Shown here: positions 1 through 9,460 of the stretch, in pieces
Layout: every line of letters starts with the position of its first letter
Numbering within the stretch: the first letter of the stretch is position 1
NCBI GenBank assembly: GCA_046160625.1
Contig: JBJXGZ010000044.1
Span: 736 to 64,735, forward strand
Direction: 5' to 3'
Length of the DNA stretch: 64,000 bases
DNA from: Saprospiraceae bacterium
GTDB lineage: Bacteria; Bacteroidota; Bacteroidia; Chitinophagales; Saprospiraceae
Notes under the pieces: model-generated
Databases searched by the model: none
What the model was told of the DNA's origin: nothing
Seen by the model: only the letters and a program-made list of their open reading frames with translations
Made by a program: the position numbers and the translations under genes

Positions 1-2
1 GG

Positions 3-365
3 AATATCAAGACTCCTCCGCATGAACTTGCCTTAAAAAAATTGAATGTGCTTGTTCAAAAACAGTTGATTGTCAATGGTTTTGTAAAGGAACATTACGT
101 TGAATTGACCTTTATTCTTCGGGAATATTTGGAAAAAAGCTTTAGCATTCCAGCCCTTGAATCCACCACAGAGGAGACGATGAGACATTTGGAGGGCAGC
201 GCGCTTCCGCAAGACTTGACCCAAGAGTTGCAACATCTACTGGAACAATCTGATCTGGCCAAATTTGCAAAAATAATCCCACCCGAATCCTTCCATGAGG
301 AGGCATTAGAAAGCTCCCGAAAGATCATCCTCCAAACAACCACTGATCCACCAATCACCAATTAA
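3..365 (+). CDS. DUF4381-like Bat-operon protein, C-terminal fragment (5' end outside window)
   Basis: The frame is open from the window edge to TAA at 363-365. The tail ...QSDLAKFAKIIPPESF... resembles the conserved C-terminus of DUF4381 proteins that precede batA. The stop overlaps the next ATG (TAATG). Confidence 0.5.
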   Translation, partial: NIKTPPHELALKKLNVLVQKQLIVNGFVKEHYVELTFILREYLEKSFSIPALESTTEETMRHLEGSALPQDLTQELQHLLEQSDLAKFAKIIPPESFHEEALESSRKIILQTTTDPPITN

Positions 366-1339
366 TGACCCTCGCCGATCCATTCTGGCTGTTGCTTTTC
401 CTTCCCCTTGCCTGGCTCGTCTGGCGCAAGAAAGCAGGTATTTCCCTTAGAATGCCGCAACCGAACAGCCCAACGGACGATCCCAGTTTACGTACAAAAA
501 TCCGAGCTAAACTTAGCTGGTTGCGTTGGCTTGCTTTGGCCCTGCTCGTGCTTGCGATGGTTCGGCCACAGCGCAAATGGGAGGAAGAAAAAATTAAAGC
601 CGATGCGCTGGATATCGTTTTGAGCATGGATATTTCTCCTTCTATGCTCAGCAAAGATTTTGAACCTGACCGACTTTCCGTGGCCAAGCGCGTAGCGGCA
701 GATTTTGTAGCAAAACGACCACACGACCGCATAGGGCTTGTTGCATTCTCTGCTGAAGCCTTCACACAATGTCCCCTCACCACCGATCGGCGCGTGGTAC
801 AAACCTTTATCAACGAACTTGCAGTGGGCCGTCTCGAAGACGGCACCGCTATCGGAATGGGACTGGCTACAGCTGTTAATCGCCTGAAAGACAGCCCTTC
901 GCGAAGTAAAATAGTAGTGCTGCTCACCGACGGGGAAAATAATGCAGGCTATATCGCACCACTTAAAGCGGCGGAGATTGCCCAAACCCTGGGCATTCGA
1001 GTTTATACGGTTGGGATTGGTACGGAAGGGGTAGTGATGTCGCCTGCTCAGCGAAACCCGGATGGCTCGTATTCGTTTGCGCAACGGTATATGAAATTCG
1101 ACACGCAACTTTTGGAAGAAATCGCAGCAACTACTGGCGGCAAATTTTACCGGGCCTTTTCTGAGCGCGATCTGGAGGCGATTTATGCAGAAATTGACCG
1201 ATTGGAAAAAACAAAAATCGAGGTCAGCACCGTGCGCCGCACCACGGACTATTTTCATTGGTTGATTGGGGCGGCAGTAGTTTTGTTGTTGATAGAGGTT
1301 TTGGGGACTTGGGGGTTGATGCGGTCGGTGACACCCTAA
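365..1339 (+). CDS. batA: VWA-domain aerotolerance protein BatA-like
   Basis: 324-aa ORF with N- and C-terminal TM segments. MIDAS motif DISPSM (DxSxS) and LLTDGENN are present. It is translationally coupled to the upstream ORF. Confidence 0.85.
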   Translation: MTLADPFWLLLFLPLAWLVWRKKAGISLRMPQPNSPTDDPSLRTKIRAKLSWLRWLALALLVLAMVRPQRKWEEEKIKADALDIVLSMDISPSMLSKDFEPDRLSVAKRVAADFVAKRPHDRIGLVAFSAEAFTQCPLTTDRRVVQTFINELAVGRLEDGTAIGMGLATAVNRLKDSPSRSKIVVLLTDGENNAGYIAPLKAAEIAQTLGIRVYTVGIGTEGVVMSPAQRNPDGSYSFAQRYMKFDTQLLEEIAATTGGKFYRAFSERDLEAIYAEIDRLEKTKIEVSTVRRTTDYFHWLIGAAVVLLLIEVLGTWGLMRSVTP

Positions 1340-1348
1340 ATCAGTTAA

Positions 1349-1438
1349 AAGTAACAAGTTTCAAGTTAAAAGTAATAAGTCCCAAGCAGCATCATGGCCA
1401 CTTGGAACTTATTACTTTTAACTTGAAACTTGTTACTT
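1349..1438. repeat. Inverted repeat/hairpin with 38-bp arms (1 mismatch) and a 14-nt loop; arms are AAGTNNN heptad arrays
   Basis: 1349-1386 aagtaacaagtttcaagttaaaagtaataagtcccaag pairs with 1401-1438. It fills the whole gap between convergent batA (stop 1339) and the TPR gene (stop 1440). Confidence 0.9.
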
Positions 1439-1439
1439 A

Positions 1440-2282
1440 TCAGCCCTTCGCCAACTTCTCGCATTCCGCCAGCAAAAACTCCGCCTTAGGCCGGAAACGG
1501 ATATTCGGGTCGTTCTCCGAAAAAGAGCGTTGAAGGTATAGCTTCAGTTCCACGAGTGCTGCTGCATACCGTTTGGCGTGGTAGAGACAATCGGCTTTGC
1601 GCAAACGTGCCAACCAATAAATGGGCTGTACTGCCAGTGAGCGCTCCATAGTATTCTGAAAATCCTGAATGGCACTATCCCACTCGTTTTTAAGCATGTT
1701 TATTTTGCCACGGCCATAAAAGGGCTCTGGATTGTGACCGTAAATGGCGATGCTTTTGCTGAAGTCGTAGAGGGCGTCGTTGTAGTTCTTGAGTTTGTAA
1801 TTTACATATCCCCGGCGCTCGTAAGCCAGTGCGTTGTGAGCATATTTTTCGATGGAATTGGTCAGTGCTTCAGAAGCTTGCTCCATGCCGCCTTGTTGCA
1901 CAAGTTCGCGCCCCCTCAAGTATTCAGATACAGAAACCTTGTCGGTCTTTGGCTCGATCAGATGTTGGTCAAGCACTTTACCGTTAGCCACCCACCAAGC
2001 GCCTACATTTCCTGCAAGTGCGAATTGCGCTACTTCGTAAAGCAGTGCGGTAGTGCTGCGCCAGCGCTTTTGAGTGCTCATCAGCGTTTGTTGCGGTACT
2101 GTGAGTGTATAGCCTTCTTCGCTGAAAACCTGTTCTGCCGTGAACAATACATCGGCCTTGAAATAGTTCTCCACACGGGTATTCCAGTGCTTCAATACCA
2201 TATCATAGGTTCTTTGCGAACCAAATTCGAGACGGCCCCTGAAGACCACCTTTAGCTGTAATGCTTGCTGTTGTATTGTCAT
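1440..2282 (-). CDS. TPR-repeat protein
   Basis: 280-aa ORF with an ATG start. The C-terminal half has TPR-like spacing (ALAYERRGYVNYKLKNYNDALYDFSKSIAI...). The antisense ORFs at 1734-2255 and 1852-2040 are shorter. Confidence 0.65.
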   Translation of the reverse strand: MTIQQQALQLKVVFRGRLEFGSQRTYDMVLKHWNTRVENYFKADVLFTAEQVFSEEGYTLTVPQQTLMSTQKRWRSTTALLYEVAQFALAGNVGAWWVANGKVLDQHLIEPKTDKVSVSEYLRGRELVQQGGMEQASEALTNSIEKYAHNALAYERRGYVNYKLKNYNDALYDFSKSIAIYGHNPEPFYGRGKINMLKNEWDSAIQDFQNTMERSLAVQPIYWLARLRKADCLYHAKRYAAALVELKLYLQRSFSENDPNIRFRPKAEFLLAECEKLAKG

Positions 2283-2724
2283 CCTGCTGCTAGTTTAAGT
2301 TTGAACGGTTTTCAATTGGCAGGGTACAATGATGTTCACAAAAACACTATGAACGTGTGCTTACGTTCCAAAAGAGCGCAAACAAATTCCATTTTCGACA
2401 GGACATACGCAATTGCCTTTTCTGTCGAAAAATAGGGACGATGCTAAGGACAACAACATTCTTAGGCTGTTGTTGACTACTAAAAACAAGAAATCGTTGA
2501 ATGATGCCCTCTAAATGTGGTAGCCAGGATGAATGCGATTAAAATTCCAGACTACAAAAGGGTGCTTTCCCACACAGAAAAACAAAGGTTGCAATTTCTT
2601 CTTGGCTGTGCAAGCAAATAGGTTTATTTTTTTTCTACAAAACATTTTGTTTTATAGTGTTTTGGGCAATTTTATTCTTATTGGGCCATAGTTCGGTGTG
2701 GGTAACAAAATATAATAGGCGTTA

Positions 2725-2883
<159 letters not shown>

Positions 2884-3047
2884 CTACATTGGCCTTGCGC
2901 TTCGACCGCATCTGACCTATAGATGGATGACGTGTCAGCGCACGTCACCCATTCCATTGACAACAATCATTCTGCCACTTTCTTATCTGTGCAATAAATT
3001 CGATACTTTTGTTACGGCTCTCTATAAAAAACAAATCTCTATTCAAT

Positions 3048-3725
3048 ATGAAAAACAAAGTTTTCTTATTCCTACTGCCGACGCTGGCAGCCGTATGGCT
3101 AACAATGCCAAGTTGCCAGTTTACTTCCAAAGAACCCCAATATAAACCTGCTGCCGGGCGAGTCCTCGAATACGGCACGCTCACACCAATCGAGGGCGCT
3201 TCGGTGTCCCTTTATGATTGTGAAGGCGAGTTGCTGGGCAATTTTTCCTGTCATATCCTCGACTCAACCCTCAGCGATAGCGAGGGCCGATATGCCTTTT
3301 CCCAAACAGGCTTCCTGACCAATGCCCGTAAAGATGGCTACTTCACGGACCATACTACCGAAGCGCAAGTGCTGTTCGGCAGCGAAGACAAGACTGACAT
3401 TATTCTGCCGCCTCATGCTTGGCTGAGGGTCACGATTCGGAATGAGAGCGGGGTGTATGGCTTTGGATCGTCCCAACTATTGGAGGAGAGATTAATTCAG
3501 GCTCAGGGTCAAGAACACACAGTGGTCAAACTTGTAAAGGGGAATGCCCTATACAATCTGATCTTCTTTATTTTATTAGATGATAATACTTCAACTACTG
3601 ACATTTCAAATATTAAGGTATTAGACGAATCCGGCAATGAACTTCCTATTACTCAAGGAGTGTCGCTAAGTGTTTTTGCAAGCCCTATTGGACACGATAC
3701 TACCAATCTTTTCATCACCTACTAA
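3048..3725 (+). CDS. Lipoprotein with CarboxypepD_reg-like domain
   Basis: Internal ATG gives MKNKVFLFLLPTLAAVWLTMPSC, a lipobox-like signal. The segment GRVLEYGTLTPIEGASVSLYD...SEGRYAF is typical of carboxypeptidase-regulatory-like folds. Confidence 0.6.
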   Translation: MKNKVFLFLLPTLAAVWLTMPSCQFTSKEPQYKPAAGRVLEYGTLTPIEGASVSLYDCEGELLGNFSCHILDSTLSDSEGRYAFSQTGFLTNARKDGYFTDHTTEAQVLFGSEDKTDIILPPHAWLRVTIRNESGVYGFGSSQLLEERLIQAQGQEHTVVKLVKGNALYNLIFFILLDDNTSTTDISNIKVLDESGNELPITQGVSLSVFASPIGHDTTNLFITY

Positions 3726-3736
3726 ATTTTCCACGA

Positions 3737-6700
3737 ATGAAAAACCTTTTCTTTCTGGCCATGCTGCTCTGCATTGCCCATACCACCAATGCCCAATGCC
3801 CAAATGATCCGGGTACTGATGACGTGCGGGCGATACCCATCAGTATTAAAACCAGTCACCAGTACTTCACAAACAATGGGGAAACCAATCTCATTTATGC
3901 AGCTAATTTAGAAGTCTGCAAGTCATGGGCACTGCACAACGAGGTGCATTTCTTGCCATTTTTGAACCTTGAATCTTCAGACCATAATATCAGATTTAAT
4001 TTTGGAGATGGAAGCCCCGAAGTAACCTTGGAGGATGGACAAATGGTGGAACACACCTACCCCGTGAATGCTACTGGAGTAAATGTGGACTATCAAATAA
4101 AAATAACGTGGACCAACCCGCCTCCTGATGGTGACTATTACAGCACCATTGATCAAGACCCTTTTACTATCAAAGCAAGCACTTCCTTTAACAGCTCAGG
4201 CTACACCCCTCCCGACGAAACTTGGGAAATCAGCAGTTCCGCCACTTATTCCCCTCCTGTGCAAGGGGCTTTCCCACCCGGCAGCCAGTTCAACGGAAAC
4301 GCATTGGGCGGTGCTCACGCCTATATCAAGTATGCTCCAGCCCATAACGGCAAACTGCTCAAGCCATTGATTTTTGTTGACGGCATTGATTTCAACTCCA
4401 AAACGTACACTTACAATGGCGAGATTATCCGGCATGGCAGCACAGGCTGGGACGTATTGGTGATGGGCAATGATGCTTCTCAACCAAATCCTTATGATGT
4501 TGATGTCAATGGCAATACTGTCCCTTCAGAGTTCAGCTATTATCCGACGGCGTTCAACACGTTTATGTCCGAACCTAACAACTATGACATCATCTTTCTC
4601 GATTTTGGCGAAGGCACCGATTGGATTCAAAAAAATGGGCTTGAGTTGGTGGAATTGATAAAACGGGTCAACGAGCGAAAAGCCCTTTATACAGTCAATG
4701 GGGAAACCGTATGCGACAATGCCGTGATCGGGGCCAGTATGGGCGGCCAAGTGGCCAAATGGGCTTTGTCATACATGGAAGAAAATAATCTCAACCACCA
4801 GTGCCATACCTATGTCTCCTTCGATTCGCCCCATAGAGGGGCAAACATCCCCTTTAGTATCCAATCCTTTGCATATTTGGCACATTTGTCGGGATTGGAT
4901 ACCGATGATAACTGGGCGCGACTCAACGCACCAGCTGCTCGACAGATGCTCATTACATCTTTAGAGTCATCGTTTTCGGATGGCGGCTTTTCAGGTTTCG
5001 GTGATGTAGGCATTGGCCTTGAGCAATTTGACGCTTGTTACCTTGACCCATACCGAGGCAGCGTACCAGTGACTTTCAATTTCCCAAATTCCTTGGCAAT
5101 CCGGCAAGGTTTTGAATCCGAAATGAGCGTGTCGGGCTACCCTCAAATGACCCGAAACGTAGCCATCAGCTGTGGTACCCACACGGGCGAAAAACTGCCC
5201 ATTGCCAATGGGGAGCTGTGTTTTGCAGCCAATCGCTATCTTGACCTTACTGGCTATGCAAACAACCATCTATGCGACCTGACAGGGGATGTTGCAGAAG
5301 TAAACATGGCCATTATTGGCGGGGCTTCCATCGGCATCAACGAAATGTTGGGGATCTGTGTCAATTCGGGTGGTATAGACGGAGGATGCTTCAATGCGGA
5401 TGTGCCTGCGGCTTCAAACTGTATCTTTAGAGGCTTTTTACCCAATATTATGGGCGAAATATCAGGGAACGAAGTTCCTCAAGGCCAGCTCCTTTTGACT
5501 GTAACTGATGTGGGTGTTTTGCCGGCGCTAGACAACGCACCAGGTTGCAAAAGGAATGACTTGAACGCCTTGCGTTTTGAGTTGGAAGATCTTGGGTTTA
5601 CCGTGTCCGCCAACCTTGGATATACTTCCTTCATGCCTACCCTTAGCTTGTTAGATATTCAATGGCCGATGGACGACGAGCATTTAATAATGCCCTTCGA
5701 TCCAGATGATCCAGCATTTCTAGCACAAACCCCCTTTGACGCAGTTTTTGCTCCAGATGAAAATCTCCGCCATATCGAGCTTACGCCAGCTATGGTAAAC
5801 TGGGTGATAGGGCAACTAACCCTCGGCCTTACAGCGGCACAATCGCTCAACCTCACCTCCGGCCAAACCTTCAACTACGGCAAGCGCAAAAACCGCGTAC
5901 CCGATGTAACCATCAACAACGGTGCAAGCCTGGCCGTTAATTTAACCGGCAACATCAACTATATGACCCCGCAAGACCCTGTGGCCGACAAGCCACACTT
6001 CGATGTCTACACGGGAGGCGGCTGCAATCAGGGTAAGACCGTCACGGTCAAGAACGGAGGCATCTTGCAAATCGGCGACCCCGGCAGTTCAAAGACTGGA
6101 TTTTTCCATGCACTCGAACAGTCGGTTATCAGAGTGGAAAGTGGCGGCACATTGCGTATTTCCAATGCTTCGACTTTACGCATATATCACGGTGCTACCC
6201 TCATCTTGGACGCTGGCGCAATTGTCCGCCTTGATTCACCAGGTTCAAGTATTACGATCAATGGCGATCTCGTCGTCAACGGCGACATCGTTTTTGGGGG
6301 CTTGGGTTATTTTCACTTTGCTGAAGGCAACCAACTCGTGTTCGGTCCTGGCTATAATACTTTTAACCTAACCGGAGCGGGCAAGGACAAGCGCTTTGTA
6401 TACCTCAGCGCAGATGTATTGATTGACAATGGCCATCGCCTCAACTGGCGTCTAGGATTGCTGGAAGCTGCCAACGGCACGCTCCTGCTCACTGACGGAT
6501 CAGGGCTCGATTTCAACTTCATGACCCTTACAGGCGGTGATAATGGCAACCTGACAGTAATAGAGGCCACCGGGTCAGGCGCCGTCAAACTGCAAGGCTG
6601 CAAAGTGGAAAAGCTGGTTATGCCCATTTTTGGCACGGGTGGCTTTGGCTGTAGCATTATAGCCTGCGAGTTCTCTCAATATTTTGTAGGGGTTTTATGG

Positions 6701-7990
6701 GAAACCGGAGTTTTGGTGACGGTTACCGGATCCATCTTTGACGGTGGGAGCAACCCTGGTACGAGCGCGTTCCAAATGAAAGACGTGCCATTTATGTTGC
6801 TCTCTGACGACCAGTTCTTTGGCCATCTTGACCCCTCCATTGCTGGTATTGTCACGGACGGGGATCTTAACCAGGGTATCCCAGCCGTCAACCTCGATAA
6901 CATGGTAGCTTGTCTTGTAAAAGGTTGCTCTTTCACCAACAACAGCATCGGGATAAAGTCTGACAACCCTGCTACGGCTACTACGGCAAATGTGTATGCT
7001 TACGGTGCTACCGGCTTCTATCACAATGAAGCTGGCATATACTTGGTGGGCGGCGTCACACAAGGTACCGTTTTGGCTGACTGCGTGACCTTCGACCAAA
7101 ACCGAAACGGCATCCGGGGGCGCGACATCACTTTGATGATAGACTCTTGGAACTCTAATATTTTTGCGTTTGACTCCGACAGCCCCAACCATTTCATCCG
7201 TATGCCAGGCGGCGGTCCAGGCGCTACGGAGAGCCATGTTCGCATCTGCTACCAACTGAAAGCCGCCGGTGGTTCAAACTTGATGCGCAACAATTTCTGG
7301 GGAATCACGACTGGCGGAGTGCCTGTTGCCGATCCAATGCCGCTTGGTTTTCTGTTCCTGCTTGATGCTGCTTGTACCACGAGTGTCGCCGCCCCCATGC
7401 TCCAGCCTATCGCATCTCGGAACACTTCTTGTCCATTGGATCAAAGGCCAGAGAGTTTTGCAACTCCCTTTTCCGGTTCAGAGTGTATGCTTTCAGTGGG
7501 AAGCGGAGGAACTACGGGCAACCCTATTCGAGTACACGAACAGTTTCACCTTGGTACGTTTTTGATGAAATCTGACAGCGTGGAAGCGGGTATTGAAACG
7601 ATGCGCCCTGTGGCTGCATTGTGGCAATCTGAAATGAGCGGCTATACCGCCAATTGCCAGCAGTATATTCAGGTAGCCAAAGCTTTTGTGGACGCGAGCG
7701 ACAACATGCTGCCCGAATTGCAGCGCCCAAGCGGCGAGCGCACAAAGGTTTCAACTCAGGGAAGCTTGATAATATCCCCTAACCCGGCGAACGGTTCTGC
7801 CATGGTGCATCTCTCGCCAGCAGTGCACCAGCTGCGGGTATGGGATGCTCAGGGTAATCTCTGTCAACAAGTCACTGCTTCCGATTCATATCGCTTGGAA
7901 ACGGCGACTTGGCAGTCGGGTATCTACTTTGTTGAAACTGTAGCAGCCGACGGCAGCCGCAGGAGTGGGAAGTTGGTGATTCAGAGATAG
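3737..7990 (+). CDS. Large T9SS-secreted protein: alpha/beta-hydrolase (lipase/esterase-like) domain, parallel beta-helix-like repeats and a Por C-terminal sorting domain
   Basis: 1417-aa ORF with signal peptide MKNLFFLAMLLCIAHTTNAQ. Nucleophile elbow GASMGG and FDSPHRGA are present. A long G/N/T-rich repetitive region follows. The last ~75 aa (SPNPANGSAMVHL...GIYFVETV...GKLVIQR) fit the T9SS CTD pattern. Confidence 0.8.
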   Translation: MKNLFFLAMLLCIAHTTNAQCPNDPGTDDVRAIPISIKTSHQYFTNNGETNLIYAANLEVCKSWALHNEVHFLPFLNLESSDHNIRFNFGDGSPEVTLEDGQMVEHTYPVNATGVNVDYQIKITWTNPPPDGDYYSTIDQDPFTIKASTSFNSSGYTPPDETWEISSSATYSPPVQGAFPPGSQFNGNALGGAHAYIKYAPAHNGKLLKPLIFVDGIDFNSKTYTYNGEIIRHGSTGWDVLVMGNDASQPNPYDVDVNGNTVPSEFSYYPTAFNTFMSEPNNYDIIFLDFGEGTDWIQKNGLELVELIKRVNERKALYTVNGETVCDNAVIGASMGGQVAKWALSYMEENNLNHQCHTYVSFDSPHRGANIPFSIQSFAYLAHLSGLDTDDNWARLNAPAARQMLITSLESSFSDGGFSGFGDVGIGLEQFDACYLDPYRGSVPVTFNFPNSLAIRQGFESEMSVSGYPQMTRNVAISCGTHTGEKLPIANGELCFAANRYLDLTGYANNHLCDLTGDVAEVNMAIIGGASIGINEMLGICVNSGGIDGGCFNADVPAASNCIFRGFLPNIMGEISGNEVPQGQLLLTVTDVGVLPALDNAPGCKRNDLNALRFELEDLGFTVSANLGYTSFMPTLSLLDIQWPMDDEHLIMPFDPDDPAFLAQTPFDAVFAPDENLRHIELTPAMVNWVIGQLTLGLTAAQSLNLTSGQTFNYGKRKNRVPDVTINNGASLAVNLTGNINYMTPQDPVADKPHFDVYTGGGCNQGKTVTVKNGGILQIGDPGSSKTGFFHALEQSVIRVESGGTLRISNASTLRIYHGATLILDAGAIVRLDSPGSSITINGDLVVNGDIVFGGLGYFHFAEGNQLVFGPGYNTFNLTGAGKDKRFVYLSADVLIDNGHRLNWRLGLLEAANGTLLLTDGSGLDFNFMTLTGGDNGNLTVIEATGSGAVKLQGCKVEKLVMPIFGTGGFGCSIIACEFSQYFVGVLWETGVLVTVTGSIFDGGSNPGTSAFQMKDVPFMLLSDDQFFGHLDPSIAGIVTDGDLNQGIPAVNLDNMVACLVKGCSFTNNSIGIKSDNPATATTANVYAYGATGFYHNEAGIYLVGGVTQGTVLADCVTFDQNRNGIRGRDITLMIDSWNSNIFAFDSDSPNHFIRMPGGGPGATESHVRICYQLKAAGGSNLMRNNFWGITTGGVPVADPMPLGFLFLLDAACTTSVAAPMLQPIASRNTSCPLDQRPESFATPFSGSECMLSVGSGGTTGNPIRVHEQFHLGTFLMKSDSVEAGIETMRPVAALWQSEMSGYTANCQQYIQVAKAFVDASDNMLPELQRPSGERTKVSTQGSLIISPNPANGSAMVHLSPAVHQLRVWDAQGNLCQQVTASDSYRLETATWQSGIYFVETVAADGSRRSGKLVIQR

Positions 7991-8041
7991 ATAATTTAAC
8001 TCAAATCAAACAGGGAGCCGCCCAAATTTTATAAAAAAAGC

Positions 8042-8095
8042 AAAACCGCAAAATCACACCTATTGAAGGATAGGAGTGGTTTTGCGGTTTTTTTT
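8042..8095. terminator. Bidirectional intrinsic terminator
   Basis: aaaaccgcaaaatcacacctat / ataggagtggttttgcggtttt forms a ~22-bp stem with 2 mismatches. It is flanked by an A-run and a T-run, between convergent genes (stops 7990 and 8112). Confidence 0.8.
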
Positions 8096-8111
8096 GTTAA
8101 GAGCGCCCCGA

Positions 8112-9230
8112 TCAATTATTCAGCATCACGGGCATCACGAGCATTAAAATATCGCGGTCGTTGCTGTTCTCTTCTACTGGCGTTAGGATGCCTGCGCGGC
8201 TGGGACTGCTAAATTCCATTTGAACTTCTTCAGAATCAAGCACTCCGAGCATTTCAGCGAGAAAGCGGGCGTTGAAGGCGATTTTCATCGGGGCACCATT
8301 GTAAGTGCAAGGAATTTGCTCGGTAGCCTCATTGGAGAAATCAAGGTCTTGAGCACTCACGGTCAGGCTTTTGTCCGTAAGCTCGAAAACTACTTGATTG
8401 GTGGTTTTGTTTGCATAAATGGCAATCCTTTTGAGCGAGTTTTGGAAATCGCTGCGGTTGGCGGTCATGTTGTTCGGGTTGTCAACGGGGATTACGGCGT
8501 TGTAATCCGGGTAACGCGCGTCAATGAGACGGCACACAAGTTTCATACCTGCGAAAGCAAAAAAGGCGTTCGCTTTGTTGAATGATATCGTTACCCCGTC
8601 ACCTGCTGGGAGCGCGGTTTTCAGCAAATTGAGTGCTTTTTTGGGCACGATAAACGTGGTGCTAACCTCCCCCGCGAGATGGTGGGTGCTGTACTTAACG
8701 AGTTTGTGCGCATCGGTAGCCACACAGGTCAGTTTGTCGTTTTCGATTTGAAAATACACCCCGGTCATTGCGGGTCGCAGTTCATCGGCAGAAGTGGCGA
8801 AGACAGTATTGTTAATGGCGTCAAGTAAGTATTTGCTGTTGATTTTTACCGTATCTACACTGTCTGGCTCAGGAATATTGGGGAAGTCCTCTCCGTTTTC
8901 GCCCGCGAGTTTGTACTTGCCGTAAGAGGACGTAATCTCGATGTTCCAGTTTTCTGGATTTACGCTAAAGGTTATGGGTTGTTGCGGAAGGGCTTTGAGC
9001 GTGTCGAGGAGTATTTTGGCGGGCACGGCCACAGAAAAATTGTCGTCAGCCAGCACCTCAATCGTAGTTGCGATGCTTGTTTCCAGGTCGGTGGCGGCGA
9101 TGGTTAGTTTTTTATCTTCGATTTTGAAAAGGAAATCCTCCAAAATGGGCAACACTGGGTTGGAGCCGATGGCGCCATTGGCGATTTGGATTTGCTTGAG
9201 GAGTTCGGAAGAGGAGACGCTAAATTTCAT
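8112..9230 (-). CDS. dnaN: DNA polymerase III beta subunit (sliding clamp)
   Basis: MKFSVSSSELLKQIQIANGAI... is a typical beta-clamp N-terminus. Length is 372 aa from the internal ATG at 9230. The ORF-track start at 9302 is an upstream extension. Confidence 0.9.
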   Translation of the reverse strand: MKFSVSSSELLKQIQIANGAIGSNPVLPILEDFLFKIEDKKLTIAATDLETSIATTIEVLADDNFSVAVPAKILLDTLKALPQQPITFSVNPENWNIEITSSYGKYKLAGENGEDFPNIPEPDSVDTVKINSKYLLDAINNTVFATSADELRPAMTGVYFQIENDKLTCVATDAHKLVKYSTHHLAGEVSTTFIVPKKALNLLKTALPAGDGVTISFNKANAFFAFAGMKLVCRLIDARYPDYNAVIPVDNPNNMTANRSDFQNSLKRIAIYANKTTNQVVFELTDKSLTVSAQDLDFSNEATEQIPCTYNGAPMKIAFNARFLAEMLGVLDSEEVQMEFSSPSRAGILTPVEENSNDRDILMLVMPVMLNN

Positions 9231-9460
9231 CAAAATGCAGTGTTTGAGTTTGGGGAGGCTTGAGCGTAGTAATGCTGTTGGGCAACACCAATTTGCGAGC
9301 AAAAGTAGCGGATTTTAGCGGGCTATTTTTTTAAAGAAATTAACAAATTGTGGAAAAAACGAGGAAAATCTACCTTTGCGCTCTTTTTTGAGCGCGGGTT
9401 TTCAAGGAGTATGACGCCGCGGCACCAAACAACGCCAGCATTAAACACTAACAGGCAAAA

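Noticed and set aside
488-1357. A 289-aa ORF antisense to batA. Similar long antisense ORFs lie at 6695-7255, 14923-15414, 17733-18455, 38181-38933 and 55965-56666.
   Set aside because: Each lies entirely inside a gene on the other strand that has clear family motifs (VWA, beta-helix cargo, PBP2, BNR, SprE-like, CysRS). Their translations are low-complexity or Arg/Cys/His-rich with no recognisable motifs. They are treated as shadow ORFs.
9231-9460. A possible replication origin in the divergent region next to dnaN.
   Set aside because: Only one DnaA-box-like sequence is present (TTGTGGAAAA, one mismatch), with no box cluster or marked AT-rich tract. dnaA is not in the window.
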